Notes: generated by a model from the sequence alone, not told the origin. Counted from the stretch's first letter, positions 9,186 through 19,761 are shown. The stretch: 64,000 bases of DNA from Natronospirales bacterium (GCA_021816765.1 JAKAXB010000003.1:100074-164073); one strand, 5' to 3'. Translations and numbers: made by a program.

Positions 9186-9530
9186 ACCCGACAGGTGGCG
9201 GAGCCGCGAACGATACGGCGCCTTGTGCCACCACCTGAAAAGCCCCGTATGGAGTTTTGCAAGGTTTTATAGGTGGGGTCTGCCGTGCTTAATCCAGCAG
9301 CCCCGTGTGTATGTGACGTCGCCGGCCTGCAATGACCGGGTTTGAGCGCCGTTAGGACTGCGCTCCCATGCCTCGCATGGTCATGACGCGCCGACTGCAA
9401 CCTGGGTTGGATTTATTCCGGCTGCTGCCCCGTGCGGCGCCTGTAAATGAAGCTCCGAAATCCCGCCTGAGGGCCGTCTGGCCTACCGTGATCCTGCGCA
9501 GACCGTGGTGGAGCGTCTGCGAGAAATAAC
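9186..9530 (+). promoter_or_regulatory. Long structured 5' UTR of rne (candidate autoregulatory leader)
   Basis: About 340 nt without a credible ORF between the candidate promoter and the rne ATG. It contains several GC-rich inverted repeats (e.g. AGGTGGC...GCCACCT near 9193-9235). E. coli rne has a 361-nt autoregulatory leader. Confidence 0.5.
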
Positions 9531-11975
9531 ATGAAAAGAATGCTGGTGAACGCAACTCAGCCGGAGGAGTTGCGCGTGGCCATGGTGGATGGCCAGAAAC
9601 TTTACGACCTGGATATCGAAGTTCCCGCCCGCGAGCAGAAGAAGGCCAATATCTACAAGGGCAAGGTTACCCGTATCGAGCCCAGCCTTGAAGCCTGCTT
9701 CGTGGATTATGGTTCCGAACGCCACGGTTTCCTGCCCCTCAAGGAAATCTCCCGGGTTTACTTCAAACTCGGCGCCGATCTGTCCGGCCGCCTCAATATC
9801 CGCGAATTGCTGCAGGAAGGCCAGGAGCTGGTGGTACAGGTGGACAAGGAGGAACGGGGCAACAAGGGTGCCGCCCTTACTACATTCATCAGCCTGGCCG
9901 GCCGCTTTCTGGTACTCATGCCCAATAACCCGCGCGCCGGCGGTGTATCACGCCGCGTGGAAGGCGATGACCGTGATGAGCTGCGTGAGGCTATGGCCGC
10001 GCTGCGTGTACCTGACGGCATGGGCACTATCATCCGCACCGCCGGAGTTGGCCGCAGCGTCGAGGAATTGCAATGGGATCTCGACTACCTCATCCAGGTA
10101 TGGGATGCCATTGAGAAGGCGTCAGTCGGACGCGTCGCGCCTTTTCTCATCTACCAGGAAAGCAATGTCATCATCCGCGCGCTGCGCGACTATCTGCGCA
10201 CCGATGTGGGCGAAATCCTGGTGGACGATGAAAAAATGTACCAGGAAGCGCACCAATTCATGGAACAAATCATGCCCCAGAGCCTTTCCAAGCTCAAGTA
10301 TTACGAGGACCGCGTACCGCTGTTTACCCGCTTCCAAATCGAGAGTCAGATCGAGGCCGCTTTCGGCCGCGAAGTGCGCCTGCCATCCGGTGGCGCCATG
10401 GTCATAGATCACACCGAAGCGCTCGTCGCCATTGACGTAAACTCCTCGCGCGCCACCAAGGGCGGTGATATCGAGGAGACGGCACTGCGTACCAATCTGG
10501 AAGCCGCCGATGAAGTGGCGCGCCAGTTGCGCTTGCGTGACCTGGGCGGCCTTATCGTCATTGATTTTATTGACATGGGCCCGCAAAAAAACCAGCGCGA
10601 TGTAGAGGACCGGCTGCGCGAAGCGCTCAAGATGGACCGCGCACGCGTGCAAGTAGGCCGCTTATCCCGTTTTGGACTGCTGGAAATGTCACGTCAGCGT
10701 TTGCGCCCCTCGCTGGGCGAATCCACCCAGGTGGTGTGCCCGCGCTGCGAAGGTGAAGGTCGCATCCGTGGCGTGGAATCTCTGTCGCTCTCCGTGCTGC
10801 GCCTTATAGAAGAGGAAGCCATGAAGGAGCGTACCTCACGGGTAGTGGCACAGTTGCCTGTCGCAGTGGCTACCTTCCTGCTCAACGAGAAACGCAAAAT
10901 CATTTCGGATGTGGAGCACCGCTGTGGCATAAACGTAGTTTTGGTGCCCAACCCGCACCTAGACACACCCCGTTACGATATCCAGCGCCTGCGAGACGAT
11001 GAAACTCATCAACCAGGTGCGCTCAGCACCAGTTATAAGCTGGTGACCGAACCGGCGTCACCAGCCATCCCAGGCGCAGAAATCAAGCACGAACCTGTGG
11101 AGGCGCCAGCGGTGAAAGGTATCGCGCCGGCCACACCGGCACCATCTTCGCGCGTGGAAAGCCGCCCACGAACGGGCGCTTTTACACGCATGTGGCGCGC
11201 GCTATTCGGCAATGGAAAAACGCCGGCGATTCCCCCGTCAGCGCCGCATCCGCAACCTGCTCGCCGTGAGGAATTCAAACCTTGGGAACGAGAACGAGAG
11301 CGGGAACGCGGCCGCAGTCGCAGCCGCCATTCCGCTTCCGGATCACACCCGCGTGAACAACGCGGCAACGGTCAGCCGCGGCCCCAAGAACGCAACCAAC
11401 CCCGTCCCCACGAGCGCACTCAACCCCATCTGCAGGAGCGCACCCAACCCCGCCTTTCACAGGAACCTGTGCAGCCGCGTCCATCCGAACGCCCGCAGCC
11501 ACGCCCTGCACCAGCAGAGGAAAGTAATACCACACCGCTCCCAGCCAACGCTCCGCAGGCCGTACCGGCAACCACCGCAAATCGGCCGCAGGAACGCGAT
11601 AACAATCATGGTCGCAGCAGCAGCCGTGGTACGCGTCGCGGGCGCCGTGGGGGGCGTCGCCGCCGTCATTACGAGAAGGGTCAAGAGGCCGGCAACCGCA
11701 CCATTGCGCCGGAAGAAAAGCATCAGGGTAATCCTGCGGACACTATCCCGAATTTTCAGGGTACACTGCCGCCGCAACTGCCTGTCGGCCCGGTTGCTAC
11801 AAACCAAATTGAACCAATGCCGGTGCATGAATTCCAACCAGAGCATGCCGATGCCGCACACGTGGACCGGACCATTCCATTGTACCGTGCTCGTGAGCAG
11901 GCTGATGCCTCAGTGACTGGAAACAACGAGAGCGCGCCGGGTACCGAGGCCGGCACTGAACCACACTCGAAATAA
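9531..11975 (+). CDS. rne: Ribonuclease E
   Basis: 814 aa. The N-terminus [30 protein letters not shown] and catalytic half are highly RNase E-like. The C-terminal half is Arg/Pro/Glu-rich low complexity (scaffold region). Confidence 0.95.
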   Translation: MKRMLVNATQPEELRVAMVDGQKLYDLDIEVPAREQKKANIYKGKVTRIEPSLEACFVDYGSERHGFLPLKEISRVYFKLGADLSGRLNIRELLQEGQELVVQVDKEERGNKGAALTTFISLAGRFLVLMPNNPRAGGVSRRVEGDDRDELREAMAALRVPDGMGTIIRTAGVGRSVEELQWDLDYLIQVWDAIEKASVGRVAPFLIYQESNVIIRALRDYLRTDVGEILVDDEKMYQEAHQFMEQIMPQSLSKLKYYEDRVPLFTRFQIESQIEAAFGREVRLPSGGAMVIDHTEALVAIDVNSSRATKGGDIEETALRTNLEAADEVARQLRLRDLGGLIVIDFIDMGPQKNQRDVEDRLREALKMDRARVQVGRLSRFGLLEMSRQRLRPSLGESTQVVCPRCEGEGRIRGVESLSLSVLRLIEEEAMKERTSRVVAQLPVAVATFLLNEKRKIISDVEHRCGINVVLVPNPHLDTPRYDIQRLRDDETHQPGALSTSYKLVTEPASPAIPGAEIKHEPVEAPAVKGIAPATPAPSSRVESRPRTGAFTRMWRALFGNGKTPAIPPSAPHPQPARREEFKPWERERERERGRSRSRHSASGSHPREQRGNGQPRPQERNQPRPHERTQPHLQERTQPRLSQEPVQPRPSERPQPRPAPAEESNTTPLPANAPQAVPATTANRPQERDNNHGRSSSRGTRRGRRGGRRRRHYEKGQEAGNRTIAPEEKHQGNPADTIPNFQGTLPPQLPVGPVATNQIEPMPVHEFQPEHADAAHVDRTIPLYRAREQADASVTGNNESAPGTEAGTEPHSK

Positions 11976-11995
11976 TAAAGGTACGCGCGCAGGCA

Positions 11996-12030
11996 AAGCA
12001 TGCCCGGCTTATGGCGGGGCATGCTTTTTT
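11996..12030. terminator. Probable bidirectional terminator between rne and the phosphatase gene
   Basis: AAGCATGCCCGGC ttat GGCGGGGCATGCTT (imperfect stem) followed by TTTTTT on the + strand. It sits between convergent stops. Confidence 0.55.
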
Positions 12031-12565
12031 ATGATTTTATGATGCTGCTCTCCGCAAAATTGAATGCCAGTCCCCGTTTCTGGCAGAGATGATTGAGCAG
12101 ACCGATACCTCCCCGCTCCACCAGCTCCAGTATCCGCTCAAACCCCGCCGACCCGCCATAATACGGATCCGGCACTTCATCCGAATCGGCATCATTTGCG
12201 AATACCAGCAGCAAATGTACCTGGGCGCGGCTGCCATGCGGCTGCATGACTTGCAGCCGGCGCAGATTGGCACGATCCATGGCGAGGATATAGTCGAACT
12301 CGGCGAAATCCCTAAGGCTTATGACGCGCCCCCGGTGTTCGCTGATATCAATGCCGTGGAGTTGTGCGGCGAGGATCGAACGCGCATCCGGTGGTTCGCC
12401 CACATGATAAGCATGGGTGCCGGCGGAATCCGTGTTTATCCTGAGCCCCGGTGCCAGTTTCTGATGCAGCTTGCGAAAAACGCCTTCCGCCGTGGGCGAG
12501 CGGCAGATATTGCCCATGCAAACAAACAGCACCCCGATCTCGCCATCACCATGCTGCTCTATCAT
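12029..12565 (-). CDS. Low-molecular-weight protein-tyrosine phosphatase
   Basis: Track ORF 12029..12685 trimmed to the ATG at 12565, 9 nt after the kdsB stop. P-loop VLFVCMGNICRSPTAEG (C-X5-R-S/T). Confidence 0.85.
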   Translation of the reverse strand: MIEQHGDGEIGVLFVCMGNICRSPTAEGVFRKLHQKLAPGLRINTDSAGTHAYHVGEPPDARSILAAQLHGIDISEHRGRVISLRDFAEFDYILAMDRANLRRLQVMQPHGSRAQVHLLLVFANDADSDEVPDPYYGGSAGFERILELVERGGIGLLNHLCQKRGLAFNFAESSIIKS

Positions 12566-12573
12566 GGTTTTGG

Positions 12574-13338
12574 TCACCGGCCGGCATGCAACAGGCCGGC
12601 CACGCGCCGCAGATCGTCTGGCGTATCCACGCTGGGCCCGGGAATTTCCCGCGTCACGTCCACTGCGATCTTCATACCTAGCCACAGGGCACGCAGTTGC
12701 TCGAGTTTTTCCAGCTGTTCGGCTTCACAGGCGGGCGCGGCCGCCAAGTGTTGCAGTGCCCGCACACGGTAAGCATACATGCCGATATGTCGCAGTGAGC
12801 CCTGCCAGTGTTGCTGCGAGGCCAGCCCGGCGGTCGCGCCTTCGCGGTTCCAGGGGATGGGAGCGCGGCTGAAATACAGCGCATTCCCAGCCTGATCGGA
12901 CACCAGTTTGACCACGTTGGGATTCAGGTAATCTTCCAGCTCATGGATGGGCGTGCACAGTGTCGCCAACTGCGCATCCTCGCGGGTATCCAGCAGTTGC
13001 GCCACCTGCTGAATGTTCGCCGCCGGCATCAGCGGCTCGTCACCCTGCAGGTTCACCACGATATCATCGTCATCCATTCCGAGTCTGGTGACCACTTCGG
13101 CAATGCGGTTGGTACCGGAGGCATGCTCCGTGCTGGTTAATTCCGCGCGGAACCCGGCCGCCGCGCAGGCGTCATAGATGCGCTGGTCATCAGTCGCCAC
13201 CAGCACCTGTTCCGCACCGCTGTCCCGCGCCTGCTCACAAACATGCAGGATCAGCGGTTTGCCCAGCAGGTCCACCAATGGCTTGCCGGGCAGGCGCTGG
13301 GACGCCATGCGCGCCGGGATCAGGACCGAAAAATGCAT
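12574..13338 (-). CDS. kdsB: 3-deoxy-manno-octulosonate cytidylyltransferase
   Basis: 254 aa; MHFSVLIPARMASQRLPGKPL is the canonical KdsB N-terminus. Confidence 0.95.
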   Translation of the reverse strand: MHFSVLIPARMASQRLPGKPLVDLLGKPLILHVCEQARDSGAEQVLVATDDQRIYDACAAAGFRAELTSTEHASGTNRIAEVVTRLGMDDDDIVVNLQGDEPLMPAANIQQVAQLLDTREDAQLATLCTPIHELEDYLNPNVVKLVSDQAGNALYFSRAPIPWNREGATAGLASQQHWQGSLRHIGMYAYRVRALQHLAAAPACEAEQLEKLEQLRALWLGMKIAVDVTREIPGPSVDTPDDLRRVAGLLHAGR

Positions 13339-13518
13339 TCAGACTTCCTCGCCGGGTTTGAGTTCGCGCGCTTCCTCTTCCAGCATAACCGGAATGCCGT
13401 CACGGATGGGATAGACCAGCCGGTCGGCTTTGCAGATCAATTCATTCTCGGTTTTGCGATAGAGCAGCGGGCCCTTGCATACAGGGCAGACCAGAATTTC
13501 CAGCAACTTGGCATCCAT
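13339..13518 (-). CDS. ycaR: Trm112/YcaR family small protein (UPF0434)
   Basis: Not in the track (59 aa). My translation: [66 protein letters not shown] lies upstream. The gene abuts the kdsB start and occupies the same lpxK-ycaR-kdsB position as in E. coli. Confidence 0.85.
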   Translation of the reverse strand: MDAKLLEILVCPVCKGPLLYRKTENELICKADRLVYPIRDGIPVMLEEEARELKPGEEV

Positions 13519-13528
13519 TGGTTCCTCC

Positions 13529-14569
13529 TTAATGCTTATTCACGGGCGTTACGCCCTGGCTCATTAACTGCTGCAGCATGGACTTCAAAATACGTGCGGC
13601 GTCTTCCTCGGTAAATTCCACGCTCGCGGGTACATACCAGTGACGCGGCAGGCGCAGACCGCAGCATTTTATCGCGTCCTTCTCGGTCATCAGCACCGGT
13701 GCTTCGTCGTCGAAGGTCAGGTCAGCCTCCGACAATTCCGCATGATCCGGCAACGCCCGGCCGTCCACCCGCAAGCCGTATTTCCCGAGGGCCTCAAAAA
13801 ATTGCTGCGGATGACCGATACCCGCCACCGCATGCACCTGCCGGCCGGAAAATTCAGCCAGTGGCACAGATCGGCCATCCCCCAAACGAATGGCGCTTCC
13901 CAGGGACAGACGCATGACCGCGGTACCCGCGGGCATGGAAGCCATGGCGGCCGAGTCGGTCTTGCAAACGACGAAATCCGCTTCGTTCAGCCGCCCTGTG
14001 GATTCGCGCAATGGACCCGCCGGCAATCGCCAAAGATTGCCAAACCCGCGCTTGCCGTCCAGCATGATGATATCAATGAGCCGCGCCATACGGTAATGCT
14101 GCAGCCCATCATCACTGATAATCACGTTAACTGGAAATTTTTCCAGCATACAGCGCGCCGCATTGACACGATCCGGCCCCACCATCACCGGCAGGTGTGT
14201 ACGTCGTGCCAGCAGCACCGCCTCATCGCCCGCGAGCATGGGATCGGTTGCGGAGGTCACCAGCAACGGCCAGTGTTCCGATTTGCCGGCATAGCCGCGC
14301 GCGATGATACCGGGCTGATACCCTTGCGCCTGAAGGACTTGCGCCAGCCATACAACAAAAGGCGTCTTGCCGGTACCACCCACAGTGATATTGCCCACTA
14401 CAATTACGGGTGCCGGAAGGGTAACCGCCGTGAAAATCCCGCGCCGATAGCACCAACGCCGGATTGCAGTCAGGCCAATAAATAATGCTGTCAGCGGGAT
14501 GAAAAACCATACCGGCCCGCCGTCATACCAGCGCCTGAGCAACCATGCGCGAAGTCGTTTACGGGACAT
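13529..14569 (-). CDS. lpxK: Tetraacyldisaccharide 4'-kinase
   Basis: 346 aa with P-loop [12 protein letters not shown]; synteny with msbA and kdsB. Confidence 0.9.
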   Translation of the reverse strand: MSRKRLRAWLLRRWYDGGPVWFFIPLTALFIGLTAIRRWCYRRGIFTAVTLPAPVIVVGNITVGGTGKTPFVVWLAQVLQAQGYQPGIIARGYAGKSEHWPLLVTSATDPMLAGDEAVLLARRTHLPVMVGPDRVNAARCMLEKFPVNVIISDDGLQHYRMARLIDIIMLDGKRGFGNLWRLPAGPLRESTGRLNEADFVVCKTDSAAMASMPAGTAVMRLSLGSAIRLGDGRSVPLAEFSGRQVHAVAGIGHPQQFFEALGKYGLRVDGRALPDHAELSEADLTFDDEAPVLMTEKDAIKCCGLRLPRHWYVPASVEFTEEDAARILKSMLQQLMSQGVTPVNKH

Positions 14570-14578
14570 AATAACGGA

Positions 14579-16342
14579 TCAGACTACAGCCGTTTCACTG
14601 AACTGCATGCGATAGAGCATCGCATAATGGCCGTTTTGTGCCAGCAGTTCTACGTGCCGGCCGCTTTCGATGATGCGTCCCCTGTCCAGCACGACAATGC
14701 GATCGGCGCGCTCCACGGTGGACAGGCGGTGTGCAATCACCAGCGTGGTACGTGCATGCATGAGCCGTTCCAGCGCTGCCTGGATATGCCGCTCCGATTC
14801 ACTGTCCAATGCCGCAGTGGCTTCGTCGAGAATCAGCAATGGCGCATCTTTGAGGAGCGCGCGCGCCACGGCAATACGCTGCCGCTGGCCGCCTGAAAGC
14901 AGCACACCCCGATCGCCTACCATGGTTTCCAGACCCTGTGGCAGAAGTTCTATGAATTCCATGGCATGCGCGGCTTCTGCGGCGGCGCGAATCTCCCGCT
15001 CGGATCGCTCCGCAAGCGTGCCGTAGGCAATGTTATTACGAATGCTGTCGTTGAACAGCACCACGTCCTGACTCACCAGCGCGATCTGCTCGCGCAAGTC
15101 AGACAGGCGATAATCACGGATATCATGCCCATCCAGAAAAATGGCCCCGGCTGTAGGATCGTAGAACCGCGGTACCAGACTCGCGAGCGTGGATTTGCCG
15201 CTGCCGGACCGCCCTACCAGTGCGAGCGTCTCGCCCGCCCGTGCCGCGAATGATACCTGTTTGAGCACTTCGCCTTTCAACGGCGTATAAGCGAAACCCA
15301 GGTCGCGGAACTCCAACGCACCCCGGGCGCGTGTCAGCACCAGGCCACCACCCTCCGTTTCACCTTCCTCATCCAGCAGCTCGAAAATGCTCTGGCCGGC
15401 GGCAATACCCTTTTGCAGCGGCGCATTGATATCAGTAAGGTGCTTCAAAGGCGCCATGACCAGCAGCATGGCGCTTAAAAATGAACCGAAAGTGCCTACT
15501 GATATGCTCTGCAACATGGAAGGCAGCGTGGCGATGTAGATCACCAGTGCCATACCCACGCCGGCTATGAGCTGAATGATGGGGCTGGAGCCTGCGTTTA
15601 CCAGCGTCAGTTTCATATTTAGATAGCGGTTACGCTCGTTCACCTGCTCGAATTTTGCTGCCTCGTGCCGGATACCGCCGAACAGCTTGATGACCCGGTG
15701 TCCGCTGATTACTTCCTCGGATACCTTGGTCACGTTTCCCATGGAATCCTGGATATGAGCGCTATAACGCCGAAAACGACTGCTGACATAGCGTACCAGC
15801 AGCGCAATCAATGGTCCAACTACCAGAATAAAAACCGACAGTATCCAGCTCAGGTAAAACATCAATCCGATGAGACCAAGTACAGTCAAGCCGTCACGGA
15901 TGATGACAGTAATGGCATTGGTAGTGGCTTCAGCCACCTGTTCGATGTTATACGTCAGCTTGGAAATCAGCATGCCCGACGAGTTGCCATCATAATAGCG
16001 CGTCGGCAGCCGCAGCAGTTTGCCGAATGCCTGGCCACGCAGGCTCTTGATGACGCTGCGTCCAACCCAATTGATGAAATAGGTGGAAAAGAAACCGGCC
16101 AGGCCGCGCAATACAAATAAGCCGATCACCAGCATGGGAATCAGCCTGATAGTTTGAGGATCATGCTGTACGAAACTTTTGTCCAACAGCGGCTTGACGA
16201 GCGCAGCAAAGGCAGGTTGCGTAAGTGCATAAACCACCATACCCAGGATCGCCAGCGCGAAGATTTTCCAGAACGGCAGCACATAACCCAGCAGACGCCT
16301 GTATATTTTGAAAACGCCGCTATCCAGGCGGAAATACTCCAT
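14579..16342 (-). CDS. msbA: Lipid A export ABC transporter (permease/ATPase) MsbA
   Basis: Track ORF trimmed to the ATG at 16342 (MEYFRLDSG...), one nt after the exbD stop. Six-TM domain plus NBD ([28 protein letters not shown]). Confidence 0.9.
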   Translation of the reverse strand: MEYFRLDSGVFKIYRRLLGYVLPFWKIFALAILGMVVYALTQPAFAALVKPLLDKSFVQHDPQTIRLIPMLVIGLFVLRGLAGFFSTYFINWVGRSVIKSLRGQAFGKLLRLPTRYYDGNSSGMLISKLTYNIEQVAEATTNAITVIIRDGLTVLGLIGLMFYLSWILSVFILVVGPLIALLVRYVSSRFRRYSAHIQDSMGNVTKVSEEVISGHRVIKLFGGIRHEAAKFEQVNERNRYLNMKLTLVNAGSSPIIQLIAGVGMALVIYIATLPSMLQSISVGTFGSFLSAMLLVMAPLKHLTDINAPLQKGIAAGQSIFELLDEEGETEGGGLVLTRARGALEFRDLGFAYTPLKGEVLKQVSFAARAGETLALVGRSGSGKSTLASLVPRFYDPTAGAIFLDGHDIRDYRLSDLREQIALVSQDVVLFNDSIRNNIAYGTLAERSEREIRAAAEAAHAMEFIELLPQGLETMVGDRGVLLSGGQRQRIAVARALLKDAPLLILDEATAALDSESERHIQAALERLMHARTTLVIAHRLSTVERADRIVVLDRGRIIESGRHVELLAQNGHYAMLYRMQFSETAVV

Positions 16343-16343
16343 C

Positions 16344-16766
16344 TCAGTCCCCTGCCGGCGGTTTGGTGGTGAGTATCTGCAATTGCGTGAACCCCAACTG
16401 TCCCGCCACATCCATGACTGTCACAACCGCCTGATTGGTGGCACGTGCATCGGCTCGCAAAATAATGGGCAAGTCGCGATGCTCACCTGCTACTGACAGA
16501 ATGGCTTGGCGTATCTCCTCGGGGCTGGTGCCGGGCACGGGCTTCTGATTGACATAGTAGCGGTCTTGCGCATCAATGGTGATCTCAATCCCGGCAAGTG
16601 GTGTGGGGGATGGATTCGCGCTTGCGGTGGGCAGTTCTACCGAGAGACTTGTGTTCTGGATGAAATGGGTGGTCATCATGAAGAACACCAGCAGCATCAG
16701 GACCACATCCACCAGCGAAATGTAATTGAGTTCGGGATCCTCCCACTGGCGGGTTCGCAGCTTCAT
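16344..16766 (-). CDS. exbD: ExbD/TolR family protein
   Basis: Track ORF trimmed to the ATG at 16766, which overlaps the exbB stop (ATGA 16763-16766). Single TM LNYISLVDVVLMLLVFFMM, typical of ExbD/TolR. Confidence 0.85.
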   Translation of the reverse strand: MKLRTRQWEDPELNYISLVDVVLMLLVFFMMTTHFIQNTSLSVELPTASANPSPTPLAGIEITIDAQDRYYVNQKPVPGTSPEEIRQAILSVAGEHRDLPIILRADARATNQAVVTVMDVAGQLGFTQLQILTTKPPAGD

Positions 16767-17401
16767 GCAAGTTTTCCGTCGCCCGCCTCGGGTGCCTTGC
16801 GTGCTTCGCACACCGCATTCACGAGGCGCAGGGTCTCACGCTCCATGCGTACCACCAGATCGTCCACCTTGCCGCGCAGATAGCGATGCATGATATAGGC
16901 TGGAATAGCCACCGCGAGCCCCGCCACGGTGGTAGTGAGCGCCTCGGAAATCCCACCCGCCAGTGCGGCCGGATTACCAAGACCGCTGGCGGAAATGGCG
17001 GCAAATACTCGCATGATGCCGAGTACGGTACCCAACAGACCGAGCAGCGGTGAAATCGTGGCAATGGTACCGAGGGTAATGAGGTAACGGTCCAGTTCAT
17101 GCACCACGTGACGGCCGCTGTCCTCGATAGCCTCATTCATCGTTTCGCGCGTGGCGTGGCGCTGCGCGAGGCCGGCGGCAAGGATGCGGCCCAGCGGTGA
17201 ATTCGCACGCAGGGCCTGGAGACGCTCGTCATCCAGTTCACCGTTCTTGAGCCAGCTCCATACCTGCGCAGCCAAGTGCTCGGGTGCTACGCGCTGGGTC
17301 TGCAGGGTCCAGAGGCGTTCCGCCACGATGGCAACGGCGACGATAGAGCAGAGGATGAGCGGGGCCATGAGCCAGCCGCCCGCTTTGATGATTTCAAACA
17401 T
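16763..17401 (-). CDS. exbB: MotA/TolQ/ExbB proton-channel family protein
   Basis: 212 aa, three-TM layout with conserved C-terminal ...GLLGTVLGIM...ALTTTVAGLAVAIPA. Confidence 0.85.
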   Translation of the reverse strand: MFEIIKAGGWLMAPLILCSIVAVAIVAERLWTLQTQRVAPEHLAAQVWSWLKNGELDDERLQALRANSPLGRILAAGLAQRHATRETMNEAIEDSGRHVVHELDRYLITLGTIATISPLLGLLGTVLGIMRVFAAISASGLGNPAALAGGISEALTTTVAGLAVAIPAYIMHRYLRGKVDDLVVRMERETLRLVNAVCEARKAPEAGDGKLA

Positions 17402-17475
17402 GCTGGGCGCGCATCCTGTGACAAATCCCGGGCATCATACTGGATTTCTCCCGCCGGGCGAACGCCCAAGCCCTT

Positions 17476-19761
17476 TCAGGGTGCGGTCCAGAACCGTGCC
17501 TCATCCACCCGCCAGCGGCTGGTCAACTCCGGCTTGTGTCCGGGCCAGAGGTGTATCTCTATGGCGCCCGCCGTCGCCGTATCCAGCAGTTCCGCGCCAG
17601 CGGCGCGATATGCTGCCACGACTTTTGCTTTTGGAAAACCCCAGCGGTTGCGATAACCCACCGGGAAAAGTGCAAATCGTGGTGCTACCGCACTGATAAA
17701 GTCCGCACTGGAGGAGGACAGGCTGCCATGATGGGGTACCACCAGCAGATCGCTGGCGAGTTCATGGCGAGTGAGCGCCAGCAAGCGCTGTTCACCGGGA
17801 CGCATGAGGTCCCCCACCAGCAATGCGCTGCCACCGGCGCCGCTCACCCGTAAAACGCAGGATGCGTCGTTGCCGTCGGTCGGTCCATCCGCATCGGGTG
17901 CAAGTATCGCAAACCGTACCCCATCCCATTCCCAGAATTGCCCGCGCAGACAGGGATGTGCACCGGCGAACCGCCCTGCGGCGCCTGACAACACCGGCAT
18001 ACGCGGATAAGCAGCGCGCAGACTGCGCAGACCGCCAGCGTGATCATTATCGCCGTGACTGACAAGGGTCAGGTCGGGGGTATTGATACCACGGTTCCGT
18101 AACCAGGGAATCAGCACCAACTGACCGGTGTCGGTATGCTCTGAAAAGGCAGGGCCGGTGTCGTAAATAAGCGTATGCCGCGCCGTACGCACCACGGCAG
18201 AGAGCCCCTGCCCCACATCCAGCAGCGTCACATTGACCCCCCCCGGCGGGATGCCGGAAGGAAGCCGCAAGAACAGGGGCAACAGGAATACCAGCCCCAA
18301 CCAGCGCACCGGCAGACCACGCGGCATCAGCAGCCAGAAACAGCCAAGCAGCGCCACGGCGGTGGTAACCGCGCCCGCTGACGGTGCCGCCAGTTGCGCG
18401 CCCGGCAGCTGCGCAAACCTGACCAGTAACGGCCAGGTGAGCGCCATGATCCCGGTGGCGCCTTTGAGCAGCAGCGCGCCGCCCCAGGACCAGAGCATCA
18501 GCATCGCTGTACCCAATAGCGCCAGCGGCACTACCAGCAGGCTATACACCGGTACGGCCACGATATTGGCCAGCGGCGCCACCAGCGCGGTGCGTTGGAA
18601 GAAAAATAGCAGCAGCGGCAACAGACCGATACTCACTGCCCATTGGGTACGCAGCAGTTCCAGTACCCGGCTACGGCTGAGACCGATGCGTCCGCTGAAC
18701 GCGTAAAAAATGACCGCCACCGCGCCGAAGGACAGCCAGAATCCCACCTCTCCCGCCGACAACGGATCCAGGAGCAACACCGCCAACAGGGCCACGCCCA
18801 GCGCATCGGCTGCGCGCACGTGCCGACGCAACAGGGTCGCACCCGCTACCACCGCCAGCATGATGAGCGCCCGCTGTGTCGGCACGGAGAATCCGGCCAT
18901 GGCTGCATAAAAGGTCGCCGCAAGCAGTGCGCCAAAAGTAGCAGCCAATGTCGCCGGCATGCGCGCGCATGACCAGGCGCTGCGGCGCCAGGCAAATCGG
19001 ATCAGCAGAAATACGAGCCCGGCCATCAGGCTGATGTGCAAACCGGATATGGAGACCAAGTGGGCGGTACCTGTTTCCCGGAACACGCGCCACTGTTCAT
19101 GGGAAATGCCGCTCTCGTCGCCGATGACAAGCGCCGCGGCGAGACCCGCGAAGGCATCATCCGGCAGCGCCTGTTGCATGATGCTCATCACCTGCGCGCG
19201 GACGCGCAGCAGCGGGAAGCGTGGCGCATCGTCAAGCGCCGCAGCCCGATCACGTACCACGTAGCCCGTCGCGCCTATGCCGTGGCGAAACAGCCAGCCT
19301 TCATAATCGAATCCCCCGGGGTTCATGTATCCGCGTGGCTGTTTCAGCCGCGCCGTAAAACGCCAATGCTGTCCCGGCAGGGGCAATTCGGCTGTTTTTG
19401 ACCAACTGAGGCGAATCTTGCCGGGGATACCCCTGGCCGGCGGGCGGCCATCCAATTGTTCGACGGTGAATTCGAAACTCAGGTAGTCTGCTTCCATCCG
19501 GGGAATCGAGGCGACCCAGCCGGCGACGGTTATATCGCGGCCTTCCAGGGCCGGCGCGAGACGCATAACGAGCTGATTCTGGGCACACCACCAGCACCAG
19601 CCGAAGCCTGCGAACGCAAATATCAGGATGCGTGCCGGCCGCCACAGCCAGGCGAGTCCGGCAAGCGGCAAGCCGAGCAGCAGTAACTGACCGGAAGGCA
19701 GCACCGGCAGCGCCAACAACGTCAGCACGCCGGTTAGCATCGCGATCCCTGCGATTCCCAT
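17476..19761 (-). CDS. comEC: DNA internalisation-related competence protein ComEC/Rec2
   Basis: 761 aa polytopic membrane protein with a C-terminal metallo-beta-lactamase domain (LLDVGQGLS...SHGDNDHAGG). Confidence 0.85.
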   Translation of the reverse strand: MGIAGIAMLTGVLTLLALPVLPSGQLLLLGLPLAGLAWLWRPARILIFAFAGFGWCWWCAQNQLVMRLAPALEGRDITVAGWVASIPRMEADYLSFEFTVEQLDGRPPARGIPGKIRLSWSKTAELPLPGQHWRFTARLKQPRGYMNPGGFDYEGWLFRHGIGATGYVVRDRAAALDDAPRFPLLRVRAQVMSIMQQALPDDAFAGLAAALVIGDESGISHEQWRVFRETGTAHLVSISGLHISLMAGLVFLLIRFAWRRSAWSCARMPATLAATFGALLAATFYAAMAGFSVPTQRALIMLAVVAGATLLRRHVRAADALGVALLAVLLLDPLSAGEVGFWLSFGAVAVIFYAFSGRIGLSRSRVLELLRTQWAVSIGLLPLLLFFFQRTALVAPLANIVAVPVYSLLVVPLALLGTAMLMLWSWGGALLLKGATGIMALTWPLLVRFAQLPGAQLAAPSAGAVTTAVALLGCFWLLMPRGLPVRWLGLVFLLPLFLRLPSGIPPGGVNVTLLDVGQGLSAVVRTARHTLIYDTGPAFSEHTDTGQLVLIPWLRNRGINTPDLTLVSHGDNDHAGGLRSLRAAYPRMPVLSGAAGRFAGAHPCLRGQFWEWDGVRFAILAPDADGPTDGNDASCVLRVSGAGGSALLVGDLMRPGEQRLLALTRHELASDLLVVPHHGSLSSSSADFISAVAPRFALFPVGYRNRWGFPKAKVVAAYRAAGAELLDTATAGAIEIHLWPGHKPELTSRWRVDEARFWTAP

